A DNA stretch of 64,000 bases from Mobula hypostoma (lineage: Eukaryota). The translations under genes and the position numbers were made by a program. Position 1 is the stretch's first letter; each line of letters begins with the position of its first letter. The notes below the pieces were generated by a model that ran no database searches, was not told where the DNA came from, and saw only the letters and a program-made list of their open reading frames with translations. The stretch lies in contig NC_086100.1 of assembly GCF_963921235.1 (NCBI RefSeq), positions 203,114,001 through 203,178,000 on the forward strand. The letters are read 5' to 3'. Below are positions 1 through 12,644 of this stretch, in pieces.

Positions 1-985
1 ACAACACATCCTTTCTGAGATATGGGGCTGTAACTGTTGACAATACTTAAGTGTGGCCTGACTAGTGTCTTATAAAGGATCAACGTTTTCTCCTTGCTTT
101 TATATTCTATTCCCCTTGAAATAAATACCAACATTGCATTTACCTTCTTTACCACAGACTCAACCTGTAAGTTAACCTGTGCGTCTTGCACAAGGACTGC
201 TAAGTGCCTCTGCACCTCTGAAGTTTGTACCTTCTTACAATTTAGATAATAGTCCATACTATTGTTCCTTTTACCAAAAATCATTATCATACATTCCCCA
301 ACACTGTATTCCACCTGCCAATTTTTTGCCCATTCTTCCAGTTTGTTTGTCCTCCTACAATCGCATTGCTTCCTCAGCTCTACCTACCCCTCCACATATC
401 TTCGTATCATCTGCAAACTTTGCCACAAAGACATCAACTCCATTATCCAAATCATTGACAATGTGAAAAGTAGTGGTCCCAATACTGACCCCTGAGGAAC
501 ACAACTAGTCACACCAGAAAGGTTCCCTTTTATTCCTGCTCACATGCCTCCTGCCTGTCAGCTATTCCAGTATTCTTGCCAGTATCTTTTCTGTAACACC
601 ATAGGATTTTATCTTGTTAAGCTGCCTCATGTGTGGCAGATTATGAAACTCCTGAAAATCCAAGTAAATGACAAGCACTGTCTCTCCTTTGTCCACCCTA
701 CTTGTTATTACCTCGAAGAACTCTAACAGATTTGTCAGGCAAGATTTCCCTTTACAGAACCCATGCTGACTTTGACTTACCATATCATTAGTCTCCAAAT
801 ACCTGATCCTTAATAATAGACTCCAACACTTTCCCAGCAACTAAGGTTAGGCTAACTGGCCTATAATTTCTTTCCTTTGCCTTCCTCCCTTCTTAATGAG
901 TAGAGTGGCATTTGCAATCTTCTAGTACCCCGGGACCATGCCAGAATCAAGTGATTCTTGAAAGGTCATCACTAATGCATCCATT
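1..985 (-). mobile_element. CR1-clade LINE ORF2 (RT) fragment, decayed
   Basis: ORF 562-840 reads SQHGFCKGKSCLTNLLEFFE...VIYLDF, typical CR1 RT motifs; stops and frameshifts around it. Confidence 0.9.
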
Positions 986-1099
986 AGCCATTTCCCCTAT
1001 CAATGCTAGTATATCTCCTGTAACATCATGGGATTTTATCTTCTTAAGCAGTCTCATCTAAGGCACCTAATCACATGACTACTGAAAATCTAAGCAAAT

Positions 1100-4000
1100 A
1101 AGACGATAAGACACAGGAGCAGAATTAAGCCATTTGGCCCATCGGCTCTGCTCCGCCATTCAATCATGCTGATCATTTTTTCCCCTCCTCAGTCCCACTC
1201 CTCAGCCTTCTCCCTGTAATCTTTGATGCCATGTCCATTCAAGATCTGATGAAGCTCTGCTTTAAATTCACCCATTGACTTGGCTCCACAGCTGCCTGTA
1301 CTAATAGATTCCACAAATACACCCGCCCTCTGACTGAAGAAATTTCTTCACATCTCTGTTTTAAATGGACGCTCTCTATCCTGAGGCTGTACCCTCTTGT
1401 CCTAGACTCCCCCGCCATGGGAAACAACCTTTCCGCATCTACTCTGTCTGGACTGTTCAATATTCCAAAGGTTTCAATGACAGCCCCCCCATCCTTCTGA
1501 ACTCCAGTGAATACAGACTGAACCATCAAACGTTCCTCGCATGATAACCGATTCGATCACGGAATCGTACTTGCAAACCTCCTCTGAACCCTCTTGAAGG
1601 CCAGCACATCTTCTCTTCGATGCGGACCCCAAAACTGTTCACAATATTCAGGGTGAGGCCTCACCAGTTGCTTATAAAGCCTCAGCTTCACATCCCTGCT
1701 CTTGTATTCTAGACCTCTTGAAATGAATGCTAACATGGCATTTGCCTTCCATACTACCAACTCTACCTGCAAGTTAACCTTTAGGTTGATCTGCACAAGA
1801 ACTCCCAAGTCACTCTGCATCTCAGATTTTTGGATTTTCTCCCCATATAGAAAATAATCTGCACATGTATTTCTACTACCAAAGTCCATGACCATGCATT
1901 TTCCACATTGTATTTCATTTGCTACTCTCTTACCCATGCTCATAATCTGTTAAGTCCTTCTGCAGCCTACCTGTTTCCTCAACACTACCTGCCCTTCCAC
2001 CAATCTTCGTATCATCTGCAAATTTGGCAACAAAGCCACCTATTCCATCAACTAAATCAGTGATGTACAGCATGAAAGGAAGTGGTCCCAACACGGACCC
2101 CTGCAGAAAACAACTAGTCACTTGCAGCCAACCAGGGAAGGGTCCTTTTATTTCCACTCGCTGCCTCGTACCAATCAGCCAATGCTCTAACCATGTTAGT
2201 ATCTTTCCTGTAATACCATGGGCTCTCAACTTGGTAAGCAGCCGCATGTGTGGCACCTTGACAAAGGCCTCATGAAAGTCCAAATATACAACATCCACTG
2301 CATCTCCTTTATCTATCCTACTTGTAATCTCTTCAAAGAATTCCAACAGTTTCGCAGGCCACATTTTCCCTCAAGGAAACCAGGCTGACTTTGTCCTATC
2401 TTATCCTGTGTCGCCAAATACTCCATAACCTCATCCTTAACAATTGATTCCAACATTTTCCCAACCACTGAGGTCAGGCTAACTGGTCTATAATTTCCTT
2501 TCTGCTGCCTTCCTCATTTCTTAACGAGTGGGATGACATTTGCAGTTTTCCAGCCCTTTGGCTCCATTGCAGAGTTCAAGGGTTTTTGAAAGATCATTAC
2601 TAGTTCCTCTACAATCAGTATTGCTGCCTCTTTTAGAACCCTAGGATGCAGTTCATCTGGTCCGGGTTACTTATGTAACCATAGGTCTTTCAGCTTTTTG
2701 AGTACTTCTCCCTTGTATTTATAACTGTGCTCACTTCTCTTCTCTCACACCCTGGCACACTGCTAGTGTCTTCCACAGTGAAGACTGATGCAAAATACTC
2801 ATTTAGTTCATCTACCATCTTCTTGGCCCCTGTTACAATTTCTCCAGCCTCATTTTCTAGCAGTCCAATATCCACTCTCATCTCTCTTTTATTTTTTACA
2901 TACTTGGAAAAAGCTTTTACTGTCCACTTTGTTATTGTTGGCTTGCTTGCTTTCATATTTCATCATTTCCCTCTATGATTCTTTTAGTTCTCTGTAGGTT
3001 TTTAAAAACTTCCCGATCCTCTATCTCCCCACTATTTTTGCTTTGTTGTATGCCCTCTCTTTTGCTTTTACAATAGCTTTGACTTCCCTTGTCAGCCACG
3101 GCTGTACTATTTTGTCATTTGAGTATTTCTTCATTTTTGGAATATATCTATCCTGCACCTTCCTCATTTTTACTAGAAACTTGCACCATTTTCACTCTGC
3201 CAGCATCTCATTCAACTCCCCACTCACTTTTGCTACCTTATATGCCCTTCCTTGGCTTTTGCAGTCCTTAACTTCCCTTGTCAGTCCTGATTGCCTAGCC
3301 CTGCCATTTGAGAACAACTTCTTCTGTGGGACAAATCTATCCTGCGCCTGGTGAACTATTCCCAGAAATTTCAGCCACCTCTGTTCTGCCATCATCCCCC
3401 TCCAATTCACCTGGGCAAGCTCCTCTCTCATGCCTCAGTAATTCCCTTTATTCCATTGCGATACTGGTACATGTGACTTGTGTTTCTCCCTCTCAAATTG
3501 CAGTATGAATTCAATCATGTTACGATCACTGCCTCTGAAGCGTTCCTTTAAGTTAGGCTGACTAATAAAATCTGGGTTATTACACAGCACCTAACCTAAG
3601 ATGGCCTTTCCCCTAGTAGGCTCAAACACATCTGCTCTAAAAAGCCATCTCGTCGGCATTGAACAAGTTCCTTCTCTTGCGATCTGACACCAACCTGATT
3701 TTCCCAATCCCCTTGCATATTGATGTCTCCCATTACAATTGTGACATGACCTTTATTACATGCCTTTTCCAGCTCCCTTTGCAATCTCAACCCCACATCT
3801 TGGCTGCTGTTTGGAGGGCAATATATGATTCCCGTAATATTTTTTTAACATTTGCCGTTTCTTAATTCTACCCACAAAGATTCGTCATTCTCTGACCCTG
3901 TTACCTCTTTCTAAATAGAGAAATAAAGCCACACCACCACCTATGCCTTCCTGCCTGTCCTTCCATACAAAGTATATCCTTTGATGTTAAACTCCCAGCT

Positions 4001-5560
4001 ACGACCTTCTTTCAGCCACAATTCAGTGATGCCCACAGTGTCATACTGACCAATCTCTATTTGTACCACGGTTTCGTCCACCTTACTCTGAATGCTACAT
4101 GCATTCAAATACAGCACCTTCAGTCCTGCATGCTTTGCCCTTATGTATTTTACCTCTGTGGTACAATGTAACTCTGTCTGCAGTTGTACCCAATCATTGG
4201 CTTGTCCTTCCTTACATTCATATTTCATATTACATCATCTACTTGTAAACCTGCTGGCTTATCCTCAGCTCTATCATACTGGTTCCCATCCCCCTGCTAT
4301 ATTAGTTTAAACCACCAAAGGTATTGGTCCCCCTCGGATTGAAGTGCAACCCATCCCTTTTGTACAGGTCGCACCTGCCCCAGAAGAGGTCCCACTGATC
4401 CAGAAATCTGAACCCCTGCCTGCTGCTCCAATCCTTCAGCCACGCATTTATCCGCCACTTCATTCTATTCCTATCCTCACTGTCGTGTGGCACAGGCAGT
4501 AATCCCGAGATAACTGCCCTTGAGGTCCTGCTTCTCAGCTTCCTTCCTACCTCCCTCTGTTTAGGTTCTCCTCCCACCCTTTTTTCTACCTATGTCATTG
4601 GTATCACTATGTACCACAACTTCTGGCTGCTCACCCTACCATTTCAGGATATTGTGGACGCCTTCAGAAACATTGCGGATCCTGGTAACTGGGAGGCATA
4701 CTAACACCTGTGTTTTATTTTCACGTCCACGGAATTGCCTCTCTCTCCCTCTGACTATAGAGACCCCTATTACTGCGGCCATCCTCTTCAGTTTCCTGCC
4801 CTATTGAACCTCAAGACCAGACAGTGCCAGAGGCATGGCCACTGTAGGTCATTCCCCACCAACAGTACTCAAAATGGAGTTCTTACTGTTAAGGAGGATG
4901 GCTACAGGGGTGCTTTCCACTATCTTTCTTCTCTCCCCTGACAGTCATCCATTTCTTTGTCTCCTGTTGCCTTGGGGTGACTGTCTCCCTGCAGCTCCTG
5001 TCTGTCGCCACTTCACTTTCCCTAACAAGCCAAAAGTCATTGAGCTGCAGCTCCAGTTCCCTAACATGGTCTCTAAGGAGCTGCATTTCAAGGCACCTGA
5101 TGCAGTCCTGGCCAGATGTAGTCTCCTGGAAATCCCGCATCTGATATCCAGAACAGAACACTGGCTCTGCAGACATACCCCCTATTCTCTCAAGAGTTAA
5201 TTCAGAAGAAAAGAAATAAGGAATGAACTTACCTACTTACCTTGCTTCTGCGTGTTCTCCCTGAAGATTTTTTGAACCAAAGCTTTATTACCTTGACTCA
5301 GACTGTTCTGATGACGACCACTCCCACGATAACCACTCCAGTAGGCAATACCTCTCTTTTATAGAGACTGGGTTTTTGAAGTTTTTCACCGGACCTGTGT
5401 GGGAACTCTTCTGTTGCGTCTGTGCAGTACTCTAGTCGAAGACTTCTGCGGAAAAACATCCTGCTTTCTAAAGCTCTTCACCGGACCTGCATGGAAACTT
5501 TTGTGTTGCATCTGTGCAGTACTCTATCATAGACTCCCAATGGATAAACTTCCTGCATTT
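1100..5560 (-). mobile_element. Near full-length decayed CR1 LINE (5'UTR, ORF1 zinc finger plus esterase, ORF2 APE-RT, 3' tail)
   Basis: 3' tail at ~1100-1230; RT pieces 1557-2364 (QGSVLGP, KFADDTK); APE pieces 3596-4228; ORF1 esterase-like 4302-4577 (FLDQWDLFWGR..YKRDGLH); ORF1 N-terminus 4889-5176 (CIRCLEMQLLRDHVRELELQL). Appears nested in another CR1 that resumes at ~5563. Confidence 0.88.
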
Positions 5561-5562
5561 TA

Positions 5563-7750
5563 CCATGCTGACTGTGGTCTTTTTGCTTCATGTGCCTCCA
5601 AATACCCTGAAACCCCAGCCCTAACAATCAACTCCAACATCTTCACAACCACGAGGTCAGACTAACTGGCCCATAATTTGCTTTCTTCTGCCTATCTCCC
5701 TTTCTCTGACTCTCTATTGTCTTGATGTAAAATACTTATTCAGGTCATCTGCAATTTCCTTTTCTCCCATTATTACCTCTCCAGTATGGTTTTCCAATGG
5801 TCTGATATCCACTCTCTCCTCTCTTTTACACTTTATGTATCTGAAGTAACTTTTAGTATCCTCTTTAATATTATTACCTAGCTTAATTTCATGTTCCACT
5901 TTGCCCTCTTAATGACTTTTTAGTTGCCTTCTGTTGGTTTTTAAAAGCTTCCCAATTCTTTAACTTCTCACTAATTTGTGCTCTATTATATGCCCTCCCT
6001 TTGGCTTTTATGTCGGCTTTGGCTTCTCTTGATAGCTGTGGTTGTGTCATTTTGCCTTTAAAAACTTCTTCCTCTTTGGAATGTATATATCCTGTGGCTT
6101 CCGAGTTGCTTTCAGAAATTCCAGCCATTGCTGCTCTGCCGTCATCCCTGCCAGTGTTCTTTTCCAACTCCTCTCTCATGCCTCTGTAATTCATGTTACT
6201 CCACTGTAATACTGATACATCTGACTTTAGCTTCTCAAATTTCAGGGTCTATTCAATCATCTTATGATCACTGTCTCCTAAAGGTTCTTTTACCTAATGT
6301 TCTCGCATCAATTCTAGTTCAGTGCACAACATCCAATCCACAATAGCTGATCCCACAGTGAGCTCGACCACAAGTTTCTCTATCTTTTAAGCATTCTAGA
6401 ATTTCCCTCTCTTGGGATCCAGGACCAATCTGGTTTTCCCAATCTACCTGCATATTGAAATCTCCCATTACTGTTGCAACATTGCCCTTTTGCTGTGGAT
6501 TTTTTTTTTATCTCCCAGTGTAATTTGTAGACCACATCCTTGCTACTGTTTGGGGGTCTGTATATAACTCACATCAGGGTCTTTTTATCCTTAGCTCTAC
6601 TGACAACAGTTCAGTACCTTTTGACCCTATGTCACCTCTTTCTCATGATTTGATTTCATCTTTACCAACAGAGCCATGCCACACCTTCTGCCTACCTGCC
6701 TGTCCTTTCGATACAATGTGTTTCCTTGGATGTTCAGCTCCCAGCTAAAACTTTTTTGCAGCCACTATTCAGTGATGCCCAAATGTCATACTGTACATGC
6801 CAATCTGTAATTGTGCTACAAGTTTGTTCCATATATTGTATTCATATATAATACCTCAGTGCTGTTTTCACTCTTTACAATTTTGCATGTGTTTTACATT
6901 GTGTTTCATCCTGTTCACTGGAATTTTGCCTTATCATCGGCCTCTCCTTGCTAGGAATCTCACTACACACTGCCTCTGTTTGTAAGACAACTACCTCATC
7001 CTTAGCACTATCACTCCGGTTACTATTAGTTTTAAACCCTCCCCAACAGCTCTAGCAACCTGCCCCCTCAGTTTAAGGTGTAACCCATCCCTTTTGTGTT
7101 GGTTGTGCCTTCTCCAGAAGAGATCCCAGTGCTCCACACACCTGAATCCCTGCCCCCTGCACCAGCTCCTCAGCCACATATTCTCCAGTCATTCACTCTG
7201 TGTTCTTACCCTCACTGGTGTGTGGCACAGGCAGCAATCCAGAGATTACTACCATGGAGGTCCTGTTTTCAGCTTTCTGCCTAGCTCCCTAAAAATCTCT
7301 CTTCAGGAGCTATGTCACTGGCGCCAATATGTACCAAGACTTCTGGCTGCTCACCCTCCCCCTTGTGAATGCCATGTACCTGATCCGAGATATCCCTGAC
7401 TTTGGCATCTGGGAGGCAAGATCTGGGTGTCTCTGTCACGCCCACAGAATCTCATCTCTGTTCGTCTGACCATGGACCCTCCTATCACCACTGCTATCCT
7501 CTTCACTGTCTTCTCTTCTGAGCCACGGCAGCAGACTTGGTGCCAGAGGCCTGGTCACTGTGGCTTTCCCCTGGTAGGTACAGAGCTGTTTACCCAGGAG
7601 ACTGGAGATGTTCCAGAATTCCCACATCACACGCACACAGTACAAAACACTGCCCCTGGAGCCATTCTCGCTATACTACTGTGCCCCAACAGATGAGGAA
7701 TGAACAATTAAGAGCAAAAAGAGAAACTTACCAGATACTTTACTTCGCCT
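5563..7750 (-). mobile_element. CR1 LINE fragment (ORF1 esterase and 5' part of ORF2)
   Basis: ORFs 5714-6194 (ORF2 linker) and 6991-7179 (WLRSWCRGQGFRCVEHWDLFW..RDGLHL) parallel the element at 1100-5560. Confidence 0.85.
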
Positions 7751-9800
7751 AAGCCTGATGTTGCCTAAATCTATTCAGACCATGAGACCTCTGCTGAAAT
7801 TATCATTTAACCTCTTCTAATAATTACCTTCTGAATAATTGGATATGTCCTATCAATTAGTTCCAGACCCTAGGCAGCTATCCCAACTAATATAATTCTG
7901 TTTATGAATGCAATTTTTGGAAAGAAGTTCCTCTGACCTTATAAAACTGAAAGCTAATATTATGATGGTGTGTAGCCACCTATATTTTCACTCCTAGAAG
8001 GTCATTTTCAGATCGCAGGAGAGGAATTTTGTGACAAAATTGTTGCTGGCATTTCTATCAATGTGGTGTGCTGACCTGCCAAGTCAAATGGGCACGAGCA
8101 AAATTCTATTGCACATGCACTGCCCACAATAGCTGTGAACAAGTTAACCAATGGGTTGAGGTGAGCTTCGATAGCGGTTAAAGGGCTGTGGCCTCCCAAG
8201 GCTGCTGCCAAGGAATCCCGGGCATTCATCTTCAACCAGGTAGGTTTCTTATTTAACTTTCTTGTTTTGCTCATTACCTTCCCCATGCCGGTCCCCTGTT
8301 ATTTCACATCAACCACCAACTCCCACATCATCCTGTCCTATTTGCTATCTGCCTGACAGCATCCAACAACAGATGTGGCTCCCCCGCACCCCACGTCCTG
8401 TGGTTTTCTCCCTAATAAGCTTACTTTGTCATCTCTTCTGTCTGCTGTGGTAAACACTGCAGGGAACGGCCTATTCTGCCAAAAGCAGTGCTCTGAGCTT
8501 TGCACACTGTACAACAGTAGAGTCTCTCCAGACACTCCTTTTCTGTCATTATGGTTCAGATATTCTTAGAGTTTTAGATTTACAGAAACAGATCTTATGG
8601 CCTCCATGTTTATGCTGACTACCTATAAACTATCCAAAGGTATTGTTCCATAACTTCCCGTGCTTTGGCTATTGAAGTGTGTATCTGGGTACTTTTTAAA
8701 TGTAAGGGTACCAGCCTCCACTGCACATTCAGGTACCTTCCAAATTCCATTTGGGTGAAAATTTATTCTTGAGATCCCTTCTAAGCTTGTTATCCCTTCA
8801 ATAAACATAGAGGCACATTACAGACATGGCTTCTGCAGGCTGTATGATTAATATCAAATCATGGCCTGGAGTAAAGGAGACAAAAATAAATAGTTAAACA
8901 GTAGGCTTTGTGTTATGAGGGATTATACATTGTTGATTGGTGCTGGACAAACCACTGTTAATATACTTTTGATATATAATATTTGTTCTAACTAGTAGAA
9001 TGTCACTAGCAAGGACAGTGTCTTTGCTTTAACATAACTGTATATTGCATGTACCTTGTGAGAGTCTGAAATGGTGTTGATATTATTACGATGATGATAT
9101 AACAATGTCAAAGCTGTGCCAATCTGTCCAGGGGACCCCTTTTTGTAGAGATATATTTCACTAAATATTTACATGTTGGGGAAGTATTAGTAGGGTGTTA
9201 AAATGTTCTATGTTGTAGGAATAGATATAATTTTTTTATAAATATATTTAATCTTCAGACGTTAGTGGAAAATGGTAACACCAGTATGAAGAGAATACTA
9301 AAGTTTAAATATTTATTAGGAATGAATTCAGATATTATAAGCCTAAAATCTTCACGTTATATTTACTTGTTTTGTGGGATTTAATTGCTTAAGCATACTG
9401 CTACATTTGCCAGTTTAATATTGAAAACTTAAACTGTGATCTCTCTCTCGCTCAGCATGTTTAAAGCACAGTTTTTAAGAAAAATGTTGGTATTTTTCAG
9501 AATTATTTTGGATTGTTAATCTGACTGTACTTTTAAATGTTCAATGCCTTCTCTGCTTTCATTGTTTTTTTTATATTCAAGATACAGATAGACTGTCAAA
9601 CTTTACTAGATGGTTTTGGTGCAGTCACACCATCATTAACATGAAATTTCATTTCTTCTTATTGCACACTGACATGGGCAGTAAAACTGCAGGTCAATCT
9701 CGGATGCACAAGCTCGCATTAAATGAAAAAAAGCTTTTCCCATTCTGTTTGGACAATGTCTCGGAAATATAAACAGAGCCCCAAAGTGGAACATGATCCA

Positions 9801-9985
9801 AGCAACAGACACAAAATGCTGGAGTAACTCAGCAGGCCAGGCAGCATCTTTGGGAAGGAGTAAACCGTTAACATTTCAGGCTGACCCTTTATCAGGGCAG
9901 ATGCAGAGTCTTGGCCCAAAACGGTGACTGTTTACTCTTTTCCATAGGTGATGCCTGGCCTGCTGAGTTACTCCAGCATTTCGTG
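9801..9985. mobile_element. Fold-back PLE terminal-repeat derivative (left part; remainder at 11711-11749)
   Basis: Arms 9810-9890 and 9905-9985 are reverse complements (acacaaaatgctggagtaactcagcaggccaggca ... tgcctggcctgctgagttactccagcatttcgtgt). 14-bp direct repeat TGGAACATGATCCA at 9787-9800 and 11750-11763 brackets the whole nest. Confidence 0.8.
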
Positions 9986-9987
9986 TA

Positions 9988-11708
9988 GAGTGTCTATAAA
10001 ATGTATTTACTCACCCCCTTCCCCCCTTGGAAGTTTTCATGGTTTGTTTTTTTCACTACATTGAATCACAGTGGATTTAATTTGGCTTTTTTGGACGCTG
10101 ATCAACAGAAAAAGACTCATGTCAGTGAAAACAGATCTTTACAAGGTGATCTAAATTAATTAAAAATATAAAACACAAAATAATTGATTGCTTTAAGCAT
10201 TCACCCCCTTTAATATGACACACCAAATCATCACTGGTACAGCCAACTGGTTTCAGAAGTCACATAATTAGTTAAATGGAGATCACTGTGTGCAGTCAAG
10301 GTGTTTCAATTGATTGTAGTAAAAATACACCCGTATCTGGAAAGTCCAACTGCTGGTGAGTCAGTATCCTGGTAAAAACTACACCATAAAGACAAAAGAG
10401 CACTCCAAGCAAGTCTGTGAAAAGGACAAGTCAGGAGATGGATACAAGAAAATTTCCAAGTTACTAAATATCCCTTGGAGTACAGTTAAGTCAATCATCA
10501 AGAAATGGAAAGAATGTGGTACAGTTGTAAATCTGCCAGGAGTAGGCTGATCTCAAAAACTGAGTGACCGTGCAGGAAGGAGACGAGTGAGGGAGGCCAA
10601 CAAGAGACCAATGACAATCTGGAGGAGTTACAAGCTTCAGTGGCTGAGATGGGAGAGACTGTGCATACAACAACTGTTACCCAGGTGCTTCACCTGTCGC
10701 AGCTTTATGGGAGAGTGGCAAAGAGAAAGCCACTGTTGAAAAAGACTCAGATGAAATCTCGGCTAGAGTTTGCTAGAAGGCAGGTGGGAGATGCTGAAGA
10801 CATCTTGAAGAAGGTTCTATGTTCTGATGAAACCAAAATTGTGCTTTTTGGACATTAGACTAAACACTATGTTTAGCATAAGCCAAACACTGCACATCAT
10901 CGAAAACCCACCATCCCTACAGTTGAAGCATGGTGGTGGCTGCATCATGCTGTGGGGATGCTTCACTGCAGCAGGCCCTGGAAGACTTGTGAAGGCAGAT
11001 GGTAAAATGAATGCAGTAAAATACAGGGAAATCCTGGAGGAAAACTTGATGCAGTCTGCATGAGAACTGTGAATTGGGAGAAGATGTGTTTTCCAGCAAG
11101 GCAATGACTCCAAGCAAAAAGCCAAAGGTACGCAGGAATGGCTTAAAAGCAACAAAGTTAATGTCCTGGAGTGGCCAAGTCAGAGTCCAGACCTCAATCC
11201 CATTGAGAACTTGTGGCTGGGCTTGGAGTAGGATTCACTCGCAGTCTCTGTGCAGTCTGACAGACACCAATCCACACTGACTCAAGGCTGTAACAAACAA
11301 GAGCAAATCTGCAGATGCTGAAAATCCAAGTAACACACACAAAATGCTGGAGGAACTCAGCAGGTCAGACAATACCTATGGAGAAGGATACAGTCGATGT
11401 TTCGGGCCGAGACCCTTCAGCAGGACTGCTGAAGGCTCTCGTCTTAACTCAAGGCTGTAATTGCTGCCAAAGTGCATCTACTAACTATTGACTCGAAGAG
11501 GGTGAGTAATAATGCAATCAAATATTTTGAGTTTAATAATTGCAATAAATTTAGACCAATTTGTAGAAATTTGTTTTCACCTTGGCACAAGAGTTTTTTT
11601 CTGTTGATCAGTGTCAAAAAAGCCAAATCAAATCCACTTTGAATCAATGTTGCAAAACAATAAATCATGAAAACTCCCCGGGGGGTTTAATGCTTTTTAG
11701 AGGCACTG
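9988..11708 (+). mobile_element. Tc1/mariner DNA transposon with ~220-bp TIRs, defective transposase
   Basis: TA at 9986-9987 and 11709-11710; TIRs ~9988-10208 and ~11500-11708; transposase motifs [49 protein letters not shown], broken by stops and frameshifts. Confidence 0.93.
11294..11446 (-). mobile_element. Short PLE terminal-repeat fragment inserted in the Tc1
   Basis: 14-bp TSD ACTCAAGGCTGTAA at 11280-11293 and 11447-11460; contains a mutated hammerhead core (CUGCUGA...GAAAC) on the minus strand at 11392-11427. Confidence 0.85.
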
Positions 11709-11844
11709 TATGTTGCTTAGATTTCCAGCATTTGTGGATTTTCTAGTCTTGGAACATGATCCACTTTGTTTTGTGTCCATTCACGCCTGGAATATTGTTT
11801 TCACTATTGGTGATCCTTCACTGATTCTTCAGCTTGTGACTCTT

Positions 11845-12605
11845 CACAGCTGGTGAGACCGCACCTAGACTATTAGTTGCCCTACTGCAGGAAGGAGCTG
11901 ATTAATTGTGAGTAATTAAAGAAGAAATGCAAGAGTCATGGCTGAAATATTTGCATTATCGTTAGTGATGTGTGAGGTGCCAGAAGGCTAGAGGGTAGTG
12001 AATATTGTGCCTTTATTTAAGAAGGGTGGTAAAGAAAAACTTAGGATCCATAGTAATTCTCTGGTGGGACGTAGAGGATTCTGAGAGATAAGATACACAG
12101 ACATCTGGAAAATCAGTGGTTAATTAGGGGTAGTCAGTGTGGATCTGTTCACGAAAGGTAGACCATAAGACACAGGAGCAGAATTAGGCCATTCAGCCCA
12201 TCTGGTCTACTTCGCCATTCCATCATGGGTCATCCCAGATCCCACTCAAACCCCATACACCTGCCTTCGAGCCATATCCTTTGATGCCCTGACCGATCAG
12301 GAAATGATCAACTTCTGCCTTAAGTATACCCATGGACTTGGCCTCCACAGCAGTCTGTGGCAGAGCAGTCCACAGATTCACTCCTCTCTTTTAAAAAAAA
12401 CCTCTGTACCTCCATTCTAAAAGATCACCCCTCAATTTTGAGGCTGTGCCCCCGAATTCTGGATACCCCCGCCACAGGAAACATCTCCACATCCACCCAA
12501 TCTAGTCGTTTCAACATTCGGTAGGTTTCAATGAGATCCCCTCCGCATTCTTCTAAAATCCAGTGAGTACAGGCCCAAAGCTGCCAAACGTTCCTCATAT
12601 GTTTC
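11845..12605. mobile_element. CR1 fragments: plus-strand RT remnant (11845-12160) and minus-strand 3' end (12162-12605)
   Basis: ORF 12425-12610 GDLIETYRMLKRLDWVD; 3' tail homologous to 1100-1230. Confidence 0.8.
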
Positions 12606-12644
12606 TTCATATGATTCGTTCTGGGGCAGTTGATAATACTACAA

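Noticed and set aside
9582..9692. Possible exon after a strong polypyrimidine/AG
   Set aside because: In-frame stop, weak donor and no recognisable homology.
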